IMG/VR virus record: IMGVR_UViG_2930960728_000001 | Source: a virus | Length of the DNA: 64,000 bases | Direction: 5' to 3' (one strand) | Notes under the pieces: model-generated | Told to the model about the DNA's origin: nothing | What the model saw: the letters and a program-made list of their open reading frames with translations, nothing else | Database searches by the model: none | Made by a program: the position numbers and the translations under genes | In this document: one piece after another, positions 1 to 9,745 of the stretch | Layout: each line of letters opens with the position of its first letter | How positions within the stretch are numbered: position 1 is the stretch's first letter

Positions 1-31
1 CGATATCTGGTAATTTTTATTAAATACAATC

Positions 32-52
32 AACGTCCTTCGGGGCGTTTTT
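32..52 (+). terminator. Intrinsic terminator after the NDT-like moron
   Basis: AACGTCC-TTCG-GGGCGTT followed by a T tract; copy 2 at about 51660..51679. Confidence 0.7.
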
Positions 53-81
53 ATTTTGCCCAAAATTAGGAGGTGGCCGGC

Positions 82-258
82 ATGGCCCAGATGGTAAATA
101 CAAAATTTGGCCTTGTCAGCCGCACAGAGGCACGTTGTTTGGGCGAGTTAGAGCGACAGCTTAAAGATGGACGGTGGCAGCGTAAAAAGCCACAGCAGCC
201 ACGTAAACCACGTATTACGGTGTGGAGAAAAAATAGAGTAACGAGCGTGAAAAAATAA
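82..258 (+). CDS. Small basic phage protein
   Basis: AGGAGG RBS before ATG at 82; 58 aa, Lys/Arg-rich. Confidence 0.6.
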   Translation: MAQMVNTKFGLVSRTEARCLGELERQLKDGRWQRKKPQQPRKPRITVWRKNRVTSVKK

Positions 259-283
259 AAGAAGACCAGATTTTGGTCTTCTT
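259..283 (-). terminator. Terminator for csbD
   Basis: AAGAAGACCA/TGGTCTTCTT hairpin with an A tract on its left, which is a U tract on the minus strand. Confidence 0.65.
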
Positions 284-295
284 AAAAATGATAAT

Positions 296-511
296 TTATT
301 TATCGTCTTTATCTAACTTTTCCTTTACGTCATCAACCGTATCTTTAACAGCATCTTTGGCATCTGACAGTTTATCTTTAGCCTTACCTAGAATACCTTG
401 ACCCTTACCTTCAGCTTCACGGGCCTTGTCGTTCGTAACCTTGCCTTCAACTTCTTTAGCTTTTCCACTTACCTTATCTTTGGTGCTATCAATCTTGTCA
501 TCTAGACTCAT
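296..511 (-). CDS. csbD: CsbD family stress protein
   Basis: MSLDDKIDSTKDKVSGKAKEVEGKVTND...EAEGK pattern; GGGAGG RBS before the ATG at 511. Confidence 0.85.
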   Translation of the reverse strand: MSLDDKIDSTKDKVSGKAKEVEGKVTNDKAREAEGKGQGILGKAKDKLSDAKDAVKDTVDDVKEKLDKDDK

Positions 512-641
512 AATATAACCTCCCATAATGTATTTGTTACAACAGTATTATTCCACATTTTAATTTGCTTGTCTAATAAGGAGATCCTGCAAGAGATAGT
601 GTAAATGACACTTATAAATTTAAATTTTCAGATTTTGAATC

Positions 642-672
642 AAGCATCACTCGCAAAATAGTGGTGCTTTTT
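642..672 (+). terminator. Terminator-like hairpin upstream of the packaging genes
   Basis: AAGCATCACT...AGTGGTGCTT followed by TTT. Confidence 0.6.
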
Positions 673-678
673 CTGTAG

Positions 679-942
679 GTGAAATCACAAAAGCAAAGGA
701 TGAGAGCAATGAACATCACAGTTAAGCTTAGTCCAGAAAACGTAGCTCAATTTTCATGGGCTTATTCGTATAGCCAAGAAATAGAGTATGAAGGTTCTTA
801 CTGTTACGTCACAGGGATGGAAAGGAATGTCCATGGTGATTTTTATGCCCAACTAAGTCCGACGCCAACAAATGAACTGACCGAAAAACAACGGAAAAAT
901 TTGTTTGCTGAAAAGTTTATTCGGGACACGTTGGTTGATTAG
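679..942 (+). CDS. Hypothetical phage protein
   Basis: 87-aa ORF; start uncertain (679 or about 709). Confidence 0.45.
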   Translation: MKSQKQRMRAMNITVKLSPENVAQFSWAYSYSQEIEYEGSYCYVTGMERNVHGDFYAQLSPTPTNELTEKQRKNLFAEKFIRDTLVD

Positions 943-1000
943 TCTCGGTATTTAGCAGCAATTACAAAACAACACGGATGTGGGGAGGTGGTGAGCACGG

Positions 1001-1753
1001 TTGTCAAGACGAAGAAATCCAGACCGGGACAAGGCTAAATCGATTTGGCTGGAATCCGGAAAACAGGAGCCGCTTAAAGATATTGCCGCAGAGCTGGGTG
1101 TGTCCGCTTCGACGGTCCGTAAGTGGAAATCGACGGACCATTGGGACGAGAACGCGAAAAGGAGCGCTCCGATTCAAACGGAGCGTTACGATTCACTCCA
1201 CGAGAATCATAATGCAGTTGGTAACCATGGTGGGGCGCCGCCGCACAATCATAATGCGGTCACTCATGGCCTGTTCGCTAAGTGGCTTCCTGATGAAACC
1301 AGCGATATTCTGCAGGTTGTGGAGCAACAATCGCCGGCAGATATTATCTGGCAAAACATCACGCTGCAGTACACGGCAATTATCAGGGCACAGCAAATTA
1401 TGTTTGTGCAGGATCAGTCTGATATGAGTAATGAAGTGTCTAGCATTGGAAAGGTTGAGTCCTATGATGTGCAGTATGCGTGGGACAAACAGGCCACCTT
1501 TATGGCGGCACAGTCTCGGGCAATGGGGACGCTAGGGAACTTGATTAAGCAGTTCGTAGCAATTGCTGATGAAAATGATATCCGGCGCAAGCGTATCACG
1601 TTGATGGAGGCCCAAGTTGACAAGGCTAAAGCAGAAGTTGCTCAGCTTAAGCGTGATAGCGACCGTGATAACCTGCCGCTACCGACATTCGTTGATGACG
1701 TACCAGAAGATGATGAAGAGATTGGAGGAGATGCCGATGGTAACGACAGCTAA
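1001..1753 (+). CDS. terS: Terminase small subunit
   Basis: N-terminal HTH (LKDIAAELGVSASTVRKWKS), GN.GG.P..N.NAVTHGLF motif, directly before terL; TTG start after GGAGG. Confidence 0.9.
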   Translation: MSRRRNPDRDKAKSIWLESGKQEPLKDIAAELGVSASTVRKWKSTDHWDENAKRSAPIQTERYDSLHENHNAVGNHGGAPPHNHNAVTHGLFAKWLPDETSDILQVVEQQSPADIIWQNITLQYTAIIRAQQIMFVQDQSDMSNEVSSIGKVESYDVQYAWDKQATFMAAQSRAMGTLGNLIKQFVAIADENDIRRKRITLMEAQVDKAKAEVAQLKRDSDRDNLPLPTFVDDVPEDDEEIGGDADGNDS

Positions 1754-3074
1754 GCGACCGAAGATAAAGATTAAGTACCTGATTGGTCATGGCTACAATG
1801 AGTTTTGGCGTGACCGACACTTTTTTCGCGTAGTCAAGGGTTCCCGTGGATCTAAGAAGTCTCGGACGACTGCACTGAACTTCATCTACCGAATTATGAA
1901 GTATCCTTGGTCTAACCTACTGGTGGTCCGCCGGTACTCCAACACCAATCATGATTCGACGTACACGGTGCTTAAATGGGCGATTAACCGACTTGGGGTT
2001 AGTCGCCTTTTCAAATGCAACGAAGGAAAACCGGAGATTACTTACCTACCCACCGGTCAGAAGATTATTTTCCGAGGGTTGGATGATCCCTTGAAGGTCA
2101 CCTCAGTTGACGTGGATACGGGAATTCTTAGCTGGGCTTGGTTTGAAGAAGCCTACGAGATAGAGAACAGTGATAAGTTTGAAACCGTTGTTGAATCTAT
2201 TCGTGGGAGTTTAGATGATCCCTATGCTGAGCACCAGTACGTTCCGGCTGACGAATTAATCAAGCGGGAGAAGTGGAAGAAGGAGTTCTTCAAGCAAATC
2301 ACGCTAACCTTTAACCCTTGGTCGGAACGGCATTGGTTGAAACCAATGTTTTTTGACCCGGAGACACGTAAGCCAGATGTTTTTGCTCGAACGACTACCT
2401 TTAGGGTCAACGAGTGGCTTGATAAGCAAGACAGGCAAAGATACCTAGACTTGTATCGAACTAACCCCAGACGGGCTCAGATTGTCTGTGACGGCAACTG
2501 GGGAGTTGCTGAAGGGCTGGTATTTGAGAACTGGGTTGTTGAGGACTTTGATGTCAACAAAGTAGTGGCTGAGTCGGATGGCGTGGGTCACGGGATGGAC
2601 TTTGGGTTCACTCATGACCCCACGACCTTTGCTGAAGCTGCTATTAATCGCGAGACCAAGGATATCTGGATTTTTAAAGAGTTGTATCAGAAAGCTATGA
2701 CGACACAGGATATCTTCGATTGGTTGGACGATAACCACTACTTAAAGTCCGATATTGGGGCCGATTGTGCTGAACCTCGATTGATTGATGAGTTACAGGC
2801 TAAAGGCGTGCGGCGTATGCATGCGTCGATTAAAGGCCCTGATTCAATCGACTATGGGATCAACTTCTTGCAGGGCTATCGAATCCATATCCTGCCTAGT
2901 TGTGTGCACGCCATCGAGGAATTTAACACCTACGTCTTCGATCGTGATAAGGACGGAAACTGGCTGAATAAGCCGGTTGACGCCAATAATCACTTTATTG
3001 ACGCGTTACGTTACGGATTAGAAAAGTACATCATTCAATACGAATCACTAGAGAAGCGCTTCGGCGTTGTATAA
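1737..3074 (+). CDS. terL: Terminase large subunit, PBSX type
   Basis: VVKGSRGSKKS Walker A, WFEEA Walker B, TFNP motif, GMDFG and NHFIDALRY nuclease motifs. Confidence 0.95.
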   Translation: MVTTAKRPKIKIKYLIGHGYNEFWRDRHFFRVVKGSRGSKKSRTTALNFIYRIMKYPWSNLLVVRRYSNTNHDSTYTVLKWAINRLGVSRLFKCNEGKPEITYLPTGQKIIFRGLDDPLKVTSVDVDTGILSWAWFEEAYEIENSDKFETVVESIRGSLDDPYAEHQYVPADELIKREKWKKEFFKQITLTFNPWSERHWLKPMFFDPETRKPDVFARTTTFRVNEWLDKQDRQRYLDLYRTNPRRAQIVCDGNWGVAEGLVFENWVVEDFDVNKVVAESDGVGHGMDFGFTHDPTTFAEAAINRETKDIWIFKELYQKAMTTQDIFDWLDDNHYLKSDIGADCAEPRLIDELQAKGVRRMHASIKGPDSIDYGINFLQGYRIHILPSCVHAIEEFNTYVFDRDKDGNWLNKPVDANNHFIDALRYGLEKYIIQYESLEKRFGVV

Positions 3075-3090
3075 GCAAGGAGGTGAGTGA

Positions 3091-4452
3091 ATGAGCAAAG
3101 ATATTGTCGGGCTAGATGGTAACCCGTTGATCATGGACTTTATGCAGACCAAGCAGGCACCAACGGCAGGAACACGACACCCAGACCCCTTCCGCATGCA
3201 GCGACCGGGGATGGGACACCATTTGGAAGAATACGAGTTGGAGCAACTGTATCGGGGGAATTCGATGGCCCGAAACATTGTGGACATTCCCGCTGAGGAT
3301 ATGACCCGTAATGGCTGGCATATCAAGATGGACGATAATACCCTAGCAGCTAAGTATGAGGCGCGATTAAATGAACTGAATGCTCAGAAGCGATTCAAGG
3401 ACCTTTACCGATACTCACGGCTTTACCGAGCGGGGTACATTGCTATCAGTACGACCGAGAGCTGGAATTATGGTCTTGAGGACCCTTTGAACCCGGACAG
3501 ACTGTTGCGAATCCCATTTCTTACGGCATTTAGCTCTAAGAAGGTCAACGAGACCAAGTTCGATGATGACGTCTTCTCACCAACTTACGGTCAAGCTCTA
3601 AGTTATCAGATCAACAACGGAACCGCTGACGTGCAAGGGTCAAATTATTATGGGGTACAGCAGGTAGATAAGTCACGTTTGCTTCGCCAACAAGAACTGC
3701 GGTTCGAAGATGAAACGGAAGGTGTCTCGCTATTGGAGACCATTTACGACATCTTAATGACGATGGATACAGGGCTCTACTCGGTCGGTGAGATTCTTTA
3801 CGACTACGTTTTCAAAGTCTTCAAGTCCCCATCGGTTGACGACACGAGTCCCGACAAGCTGTTGCAGGTTGGGGCGGCAGCTTCGTCCAAGTTTAGAACT
3901 GAGTCCACCGCGTTGATTAGTGACAAGGACGAATTGACCAAAGAATCAACCAACGTCGGCGGCATTGACAGCCTACTTGATTTCTTGTGGGAATACCTTA
4001 GCGGCGCTGCCCGCATGCCTAAGTCGGTTCTTAAAGGCCAAGAGGCCGGGACACTGACTGGGGCACAGTATGATGTGATGAACTACTATAGCCGCATTGC
4101 TTCGGACCAAGAGAACAAGATGAGACCCCAGCTGGAATACCTACTCAAATTGCTCATGCGGGCAAGTGATGAGTGTGGCGGCCCGCTGGACCCCGACACA
4201 GTTAACTGGTCCATCGAATTTAACCCGCTGTGGTCGGTTGATTCGCAAACCGATTCGCAGATTCGCTTAGCAAACGCTCAGGCCGACCAGATTTACATCC
4301 AGAATGGCGTGCAAGGGCCCAATGAGGTCCGAGAGGCGCGCTTTGGGTCAGGTGGCATGGACCCAGACGGCTCAGTTGACATGGACAGTATGAGTGATGA
4401 CGAGCGCCGGGCGGTAGTTGAAGCTTATCGCAAAGAACATGGCGGTGATTAG
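3091..4452 (+). CDS. Portal protein (DUF1073-like)
   Basis: 453 aa, follows terL; ARNIVDIPAEDMTR and GAARMPKSVLKG...G patterns. Confidence 0.85.
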   Translation: MSKDIVGLDGNPLIMDFMQTKQAPTAGTRHPDPFRMQRPGMGHHLEEYELEQLYRGNSMARNIVDIPAEDMTRNGWHIKMDDNTLAAKYEARLNELNAQKRFKDLYRYSRLYRAGYIAISTTESWNYGLEDPLNPDRLLRIPFLTAFSSKKVNETKFDDDVFSPTYGQALSYQINNGTADVQGSNYYGVQQVDKSRLLRQQELRFEDETEGVSLLETIYDILMTMDTGLYSVGEILYDYVFKVFKSPSVDDTSPDKLLQVGAAASSKFRTESTALISDKDELTKESTNVGGIDSLLDFLWEYLSGAARMPKSVLKGQEAGTLTGAQYDVMNYYSRIASDQENKMRPQLEYLLKLLMRASDECGGPLDPDTVNWSIEFNPLWSVDSQTDSQIRLANAQADQIYIQNGVQGPNEVREARFGSGGMDPDGSVDMDSMSDDERRAVVEAYRKEHGGD

Positions 4453-4454
4453 TC

Positions 4455-5282
4455 ATGAGAGTGCCACACACGCGTTATCCACTAAGAATTGAGAAATCAT
4501 ACGCACATACTGTCGGTAAGGCTGTAGGCCAAGTTGAGAGCACTACACTACTGTTGCTTAAGTCAGAGGTCAAGCCGGTAATTGACCGGGGAACCGTTAA
4601 CGACTCACTTTACAACGACGACATGATCGACTGGGTTGAGTCTTTAATCGAACGGCTAAAAGAATTGATCCTCGGTTCGTTCACCGATACCGACGCCCAG
4701 CAAATGGTTGAGCGGTTTATGTCGGCTATCAGTACTAGCAATCGTGCCAACGTGTCGTCACAGATTCAATCTCACGAGCTAGTGAAACATTCGACATTGC
4801 TTTCTACTGGTAAGCCGGTAGTCTTGGCTATTAACCCGGTCGCAGGGGATGCACAGCTCGATGGTTACATTAAAGGCAAGATTGCCGAAAATGTCAGTTA
4901 CATCAAGGGTATCCGCGATGATTATGCGACGAAGATTGAGCAAATTATCTACCGCGGTGTTACCAAGGGACAATCATACGGCGAGATGGCGGAGGCAATT
5001 CGTCACCAAGGCAAGATGAGCCGAAATCGCGCCGCTTTCATTGCCCGGGACCAGTCCGGGACCATCTACAGTCAGATGACCCGTACTAGGCACCAAACAG
5101 CCGGAATTAATCACTTTCAATGGAGAGGCATGATGGACGAGCGTGAGCGTGCCAGTCATGTGGCACGTGAAGGCATTATCTACAATTACGACACGGCTGA
5201 CTTACTACCCGGAGAAGATTATGGGTGCCGTTGTACTGGTGATCCTGTTTTTGATGACGAATTTGATGACTCAGAAGAGTAA
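4455..5282 (+). CDS. Minor head protein, Mu F / SPP1 gp7-like
   Basis: RAAFIARDQ, WRGMMDERER.SH and PGEDYGCRC motifs. Confidence 0.9.
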   Translation: MRVPHTRYPLRIEKSYAHTVGKAVGQVESTTLLLLKSEVKPVIDRGTVNDSLYNDDMIDWVESLIERLKELILGSFTDTDAQQMVERFMSAISTSNRANVSSQIQSHELVKHSTLLSTGKPVVLAINPVAGDAQLDGYIKGKIAENVSYIKGIRDDYATKIEQIIYRGVTKGQSYGEMAEAIRHQGKMSRNRAAFIARDQSGTIYSQMTRTRHQTAGINHFQWRGMMDERERASHVAREGIIYNYDTADLLPGEDYGCRCTGDPVFDDEFDDSEE

Positions 5283-5304
5283 CGAAACGAAGGGAGGTGA
5301 AAGT

Positions 5305-5574
5305 ATGGCAGATACAAATTCATCTAGTGCCGCAAGTACGCCAAGTTCTGCAGCATCTAGCTCTAAAACCGCTGCTAGCATGTATGCTTCGAGTACGACA
5401 CCAGCAGCATCAGCAACTAAGCCTAAGGGTGCGGCCAAGACCGTGACCTTAAAAGAAGGCGACAAGCTATGGCGGGTTGCCACTGATGCTGGCATTTCGT
5501 TAGACACACTTGTAAAAATTAATGGCTTGAAGGACTATTCGGTTAAGCCCGGTAAGGTTCTGCAATTGCCATAG
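5305..5574 (+). CDS. Small LysM-domain protein with Ser/Ala-rich N-terminus
   Basis: VTLKEGDKLWRVA...ISLDTLVKINGLKDYSVKPGKVLQLP is a LysM fold; GGAGG RBS. Confidence 0.8.
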   Translation: MADTNSSSAASTPSSAASSSKTAASMYASSTTPAASATKPKGAAKTVTLKEGDKLWRVATDAGISLDTLVKINGLKDYSVKPGKVLQLP

Positions 5575-5585
5575 GAGGTAATTGC

Positions 5586-6689
5586 ATGAAATTTTATGAT
5601 CGTGCTGAGCTTGGCAAGTATGTTGAGACGCCTGAGGGTTACTTACACGGGGAGTTTCCGATTACGCGTCCCGGAGTTTTTCCGTATATGCGTAATGGTG
5701 GAAGTGTCTCCCAAGTGGCAAAGCTTCCGGACGAGGTATTTTCTAAGGAAACCATCGAATCTGCGAACAACAAGCCACTGACCAATGACCACCCAAACGT
5801 GGGCGTTGACGTACGTAACTTCAAAGCATTGTCAGTTGGGATGACAGACGGTGATGCTCACGTTGAGGACAATAAGCTGGTAGTTGGGGCGACCATTACG
5901 GACCCAGACATGATTGCCCAAGTTAAGTCGGGGAAGCGGGAGCTTTCAATCGGATTCAATGCCGATGTTCCCACGGAATCCGGAGAGTACGGCGGAGCCC
6001 AGTATGATGCCGCTCAGCGCAATATCAAAATTAATCACATTGCTATCGTAGATAGAGGCCGCGCAGGTCATGGAATCTCAATTCATGACAGTGCGGCTTT
6101 TGTTATGGGCGATAACAACACGAATACAGGAGGAAAACACATGGCTAATTTGATTATCGACAGCCAACAGTTCGAAGTGGACCAGCATGTTGCGGACGCC
6201 CACGACGACTTAAAGAAGAAGCTTGCGGCTGCGGAAGCAACTGTGACTCAGTTAAAGAAGCAGCTTTCAGGGTCTGAAGATGAGGCCAAGAGTTCCAAGA
6301 AGGAAGCCGATTCACTTAAGGGTGAACGGGATGCCTTAAAGACGCAACTCAAGGATGCTCAGGATAAGCAACTTGACCAAGACGCCTTAGACAAGCGCAT
6401 TGACGCACGGCTTGCACTTCAGACTAGCGCAGCTCGTTTTGTTGGTGATAGCTTCGACTTCAAGGGGAAGACTGACCGGGAAGTTAAGGTGGCTGCCATC
6501 AAAACAACCAATGATTCGTTTGATGAAAAGGATAAGTCTGACGACTATATCAATGCATTCTACGATTCTGCGGTTTCCTTGGCAGATAAGAAAGGGTTCA
6601 CTCACACGTTGGGTGGCCAAGGTGTGAATCAAAACGAAACTGACTCGGTAGATAAGCTCAAAGGCGACCGAGCTAACGCCTACAAGTAA
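5586..6689 (+). CDS. DUF2213-like head maturation protease/scaffold protein
   Basis: TPEGYL, LTNDHP, RELSIGF and NHIAIVDRGRAG motifs plus a C-terminal coiled coil. Confidence 0.85.
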   Translation: MKFYDRAELGKYVETPEGYLHGEFPITRPGVFPYMRNGGSVSQVAKLPDEVFSKETIESANNKPLTNDHPNVGVDVRNFKALSVGMTDGDAHVEDNKLVVGATITDPDMIAQVKSGKRELSIGFNADVPTESGEYGGAQYDAAQRNIKINHIAIVDRGRAGHGISIHDSAAFVMGDNNTNTGGKHMANLIIDSQQFEVDQHVADAHDDLKKKLAAAEATVTQLKKQLSGSEDEAKSSKKEADSLKGERDALKTQLKDAQDKQLDQDALDKRIDARLALQTSAARFVGDSFDFKGKTDREVKVAAIKTTNDSFDEKDKSDDYINAFYDSAVSLADKKGFTHTLGGQGVNQNETDSVDKLKGDRANAYK

Positions 6690-6703
6690 AGGAGGGATAA
6701 CTC

Positions 6704-7168
6704 ATGGGATTAATTCCACGACCACAAATGTACATGGACCCCAACATTGGGTTGGGCAAGATTGCCGACATTCGGCATACAGAAGTTGACTCAGCGGTTG
6801 CTGCAGGAGTAGTAGCTGCCGGGGCCGCCGTTCAAATGAGTTCGGGGGCTGTTACAACCGTCAGTGACGGTAAGTTCTATGGCGTTGCAGTAGCCAAGGA
6901 CTACGTCGATAACTTGGATGATTCACCACAAACGTCTAAGTACAAGGCTAAGCAAATGGTTCCTGTTTTGCGTAAGGGGACCATCAACGTTGCCATCACG
7001 GCCGATGTTACGGAAGGCCAACCAGCTGCTGTTGACGGAACGACTGGGAACTTCAAGCCGGCCGCAGATGCTGACACGATTGTGGGGACGTTTAAGACGG
7101 CAGGTAAGTTTGTTGCCGACGACGCCACTGCGGGCTCAACGGCCCAACTTCAAATTAACTTGCCATAA
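6704..7168 (+). CDS. Capsid decoration/cement protein
   Basis: 154-aa Ala/Gly/Val-rich protein between the scaffold and capsid genes; VLRKGTINV pattern. Confidence 0.7.
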   Translation: MGLIPRPQMYMDPNIGLGKIADIRHTEVDSAVAAGVVAAGAAVQMSSGAVTTVSDGKFYGVAVAKDYVDNLDDSPQTSKYKAKQMVPVLRKGTINVAITADVTEGQPAAVDGTTGNFKPAADADTIVGTFKTAGKFVADDATAGSTAQLQINLP

Positions 7169-7182
7169 GGAGGCGACAGTAG

Positions 7183-8061
7183 ATGCCACAAGAATTAGCG
7201 ATGATTGAAAATCGCGACTTAATTGCGATGGAAAAGACGGTGCTTAAGGCGCCACAAGAAGAATTAATTGGTCGGTCACTGTTTCCAAAAATTTCTGGGG
7301 TAAATCCCGGTGCAGAGACCTACGGATACAGCCTAATGACTCGGCACGGTGCTGCCAAGGTTATTGCCAACGGGGCCGATGACTTGCCAATGGTTGACGA
7401 AGACGTTAAGCGAGCTTATCAGCCAATTTACACCATTGCTGCTGGTATTCACTTCACGTATCAGGAAGTATTTGCCGCTCAAATGGCCGGACAACCGCTT
7501 CAAACGGATAAAGCTGAAACTGTCCGCCGGGCAATCTCTGAAAAGGAAAATGACATCATCTTCAACGGGGAATCAAAAGTTGGTATCACAGGTCTGACAA
7601 ACCTTGAAGGTATTCAGGCAATGAACGCTGACAAGAAGTTTTCAGAGTCGACCGGGGCAGAGATGCAAGAGACCTTACGTAAGGCTAAGTCCTTAATCAC
7701 TGTAATTCCGGGGTTCAATCAAGCACGGTTGAAGCTAGTCTTAGCTCCTGCTCAATATGAATCTTTGAACTCACGTTACAGTGACTACGACTCCCGGACT
7801 ATTCTGGAAGTCATCAAGGCCGCCGGCTGGTTTAACTCAATTGAAACGACCTCCGCATTAGTAGGTAAGGGGTTGGATAACTCCGAATGTGCGATGATCT
7901 TTGATTCCACTTCACAAACCGGTGGCTTCTTGCTCCCTCGTGATGTCACGCAGTTCCCACAAGAAGCGCACTATCCTAACACGATTGTGCCTTACGATGA
8001 ACGGACCGGTGGTCTGGTAATCAAGACGCCGTACGCCATTGTTAAGCTGTCAGGAATCTGA
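7183..8061 (+). CDS. Major capsid protein (DUF2184 / HK97 fold)
   Basis: 292 aa; GAETY and KENDIIFNGE..GITGLTN motifs, ERTGGLVIKTPYAI C-terminus. Confidence 0.88.
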   Translation: MPQELAMIENRDLIAMEKTVLKAPQEELIGRSLFPKISGVNPGAETYGYSLMTRHGAAKVIANGADDLPMVDEDVKRAYQPIYTIAAGIHFTYQEVFAAQMAGQPLQTDKAETVRRAISEKENDIIFNGESKVGITGLTNLEGIQAMNADKKFSESTGAEMQETLRKAKSLITVIPGFNQARLKLVLAPAQYESLNSRYSDYDSRTILEVIKAAGWFNSIETTSALVGKGLDNSECAMIFDSTSQTGGFLLPRDVTQFPQEAHYPNTIVPYDERTGGLVIKTPYAIVKLSGI

Positions 8062-8071
8062 GGAGGACGCC

Positions 8072-8434
8072 ATGCTAGTTAAAAATAAGGGCAAATTCAT
8101 TCACAATGTTGGTGGGGTGCAACTGGTCCCCGGTTCTAACCAACTCACCAAGAAGCAATCCGAAGCATTCAACGCGGCTATCAAGTCGAACGAGTTGAAT
8201 GCTTTTTTAATTGAAAAGGGCACCTTATCCGCTGTTGAAGGTAAAGGTGGCAAGGACGTGCAAAGCGTTACTGACATGACCCTTGACCAAGCACTGCCTG
8301 AGATTGCTGACACCGTATCGGTTGAGACACTGACCAAGTGGTTAGCCGATGAACAACGCGGCGCCGGTCGTAAGAAGATGGTGGACACGTTGAAGGCTCG
8401 GATTGCTGAATTAAAGACCCCGGAAGATGAATAG
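8072..8434 (+). CDS. Hypothetical head-associated protein
   Basis: GAGGAGG RBS; located between the capsid and connector genes. Confidence 0.65.
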   Translation: MLVKNKGKFIHNVGGVQLVPGSNQLTKKQSEAFNAAIKSNELNAFLIEKGTLSAVEGKGGKDVQSVTDMTLDQALPEIADTVSVETLTKWLADEQRGAGRKKMVDTLKARIAELKTPEDE

Positions 8435-8445
8435 AGGTGGTCTAA

Positions 8446-8772
8446 GTGGATGAAGCGGATAAGAGCACCATCCAGAACGTTCGGCTGATTCGGTCGGACT
8501 TGACGAAGGTCAGTGACGATACTATCCAACTCGCAATTGATGATGCTTGGACTGAAGTTCAGAACCGGGGTTTCCCCACACAGTATCAAGAGCAAGCATG
8601 CCGTTATCTAGCAGCGAGTCTGATCAGTCGTGAGGATGACCGTGTTTCTCTGAAGCAAGTTGGGGATTTGAAGAAGCAATATTTCAAGGGTGTCAACGCT
8701 TGGGCCGACCGGTACAAATACTTGTTGGGCCAGTTCGGTGATGGTGGCTCCCTCAGAATTGTGGTGATTTGA
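8446..8772 (+). CDS. Head-tail connector (DUF4054-like)
   Basis: 108 aa; position in the neck module; ACRYLAASL helix. Confidence 0.7.
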   Translation: MDEADKSTIQNVRLIRSDLTKVSDDTIQLAIDDAWTEVQNRGFPTQYQEQACRYLAASLISREDDRVSLKQVGDLKKQYFKGVNAWADRYKYLLGQFGDGGSLRIVVI

Positions 8773-9371
8773 TGGAAAATTTCGACAGAATTCCAGACGT
8801 TGAGCGGGAGATGGCGGAGCTGAATCATCTTCAACTACAAGTTGGGATATTTGGTGAGGACGGGTCGTTTATGCAAATGATTGCGTCCGCCAACGAGTAT
8901 GGCGCTGATATTGAACCGAAGAATGGCAAATGGCTGACAATTCCCACCGAAAATGCACCCAAAGGAGCCAAGGCTCGGGACATTGAGGGCCTTTTTCGAC
9001 CAAAGGACAAAAACATTCTTGCTGTCAGTGATGGTAAGGGTGGACTTATCCCGATGTTCTATCTGGTGAAGAAGGTTCATATACCAGAGCGATCCTTTAT
9101 TCGGTCTACCTTTGACGAAAATGTTGATGACTGGGTTGAGTATCTTGTTGATCAAGTTATCGAGCTGGGGATGGGTGATAGCGGTATTACAGCTAGAAAA
9201 ATCATGGAATCTTTAGGTAATCGCATTCAACGGAGTATCGTGCAAAAAATACGTTCCATTGAATCACCTGCCAATTCTCCCATAACTATTGCTCGTAAAG
9301 GTTCTAGCTCACCACTGGAAGATACAGGTCATCTTATTGATGCTGTGAGATATAAGGTGGTGAACGTCTGA
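8772..9371 (+). CDS. Neck/virion morphogenesis protein
   Basis: IASANEYGA, IPERSFIRSTF and SPLEDTGHLI motifs. Confidence 0.75.
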   Translation: MENFDRIPDVEREMAELNHLQLQVGIFGEDGSFMQMIASANEYGADIEPKNGKWLTIPTENAPKGAKARDIEGLFRPKDKNILAVSDGKGGLIPMFYLVKKVHIPERSFIRSTFDENVDDWVEYLVDQVIELGMGDSGITARKIMESLGNRIQRSIVQKIRSIESPANSPITIARKGSSSPLEDTGHLIDAVRYKVVNV

Positions 9372-9745
9372 TGTATGAAGAGTTTGCCGACATGCTAGTG
9401 GAATTTGGAATCCCGCTGCTAGTGTATCTACCTGCCAATGGCGAGGGTGGTCACTTAGAGCATGGAACTTGGGTTAAGGACCATGAGACGCCACCAGTTG
9501 AGGTCAGTGAGCCACTGGTGGTGCCATCCAAGACATCACTGTACAGCATGGAGGTTCAGCATAACGCGGGTGGAGAGACGCAATCTTACGATGCTGTTTG
9601 GTATTCAACGATGGAGGCCCCTAAGGGAACCATTGTAGAAAATAAGCGGACCGGTCGAAAGTACGTTGTTGACCACGAGCGGGATTATGCGGATTACTCT
9701 GATGTTTACGAGTACGACATGAAGGGGGTAAGTAACTATGACTGA
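9371..9745 (+). CDS. Head-closure/adaptor protein
   Basis: Synteny within the neck module; 124 aa. Confidence 0.6.
   Translation: MYEEFADMLVEFGIPLLVYLPANGEGGHLEHGTWVKDHETPPVEVSEPLVVPSKTSLYSMEVQHNAGGETQSYDAVWYSTMEAPKGTIVENKRTGRKYVVDHERDYADYSDVYEYDMKGVSNYD

Noticed and set aside
560-1000. cos site before terS
   Set aside because: No HNH gene or recognisable cos motif; the PBSX-type TerL and MuF-like gene fit headful packaging better.
978-1427. Overlapping alternate-frame and antisense ORFs from the ORF track (e.g. 978..1427, 8101..8595, 13853..14269, 37970..38290)
   Set aside because: They overlap well-supported genes, lack a convincing RBS and have no recognisable motifs; treated as shadow ORFs.
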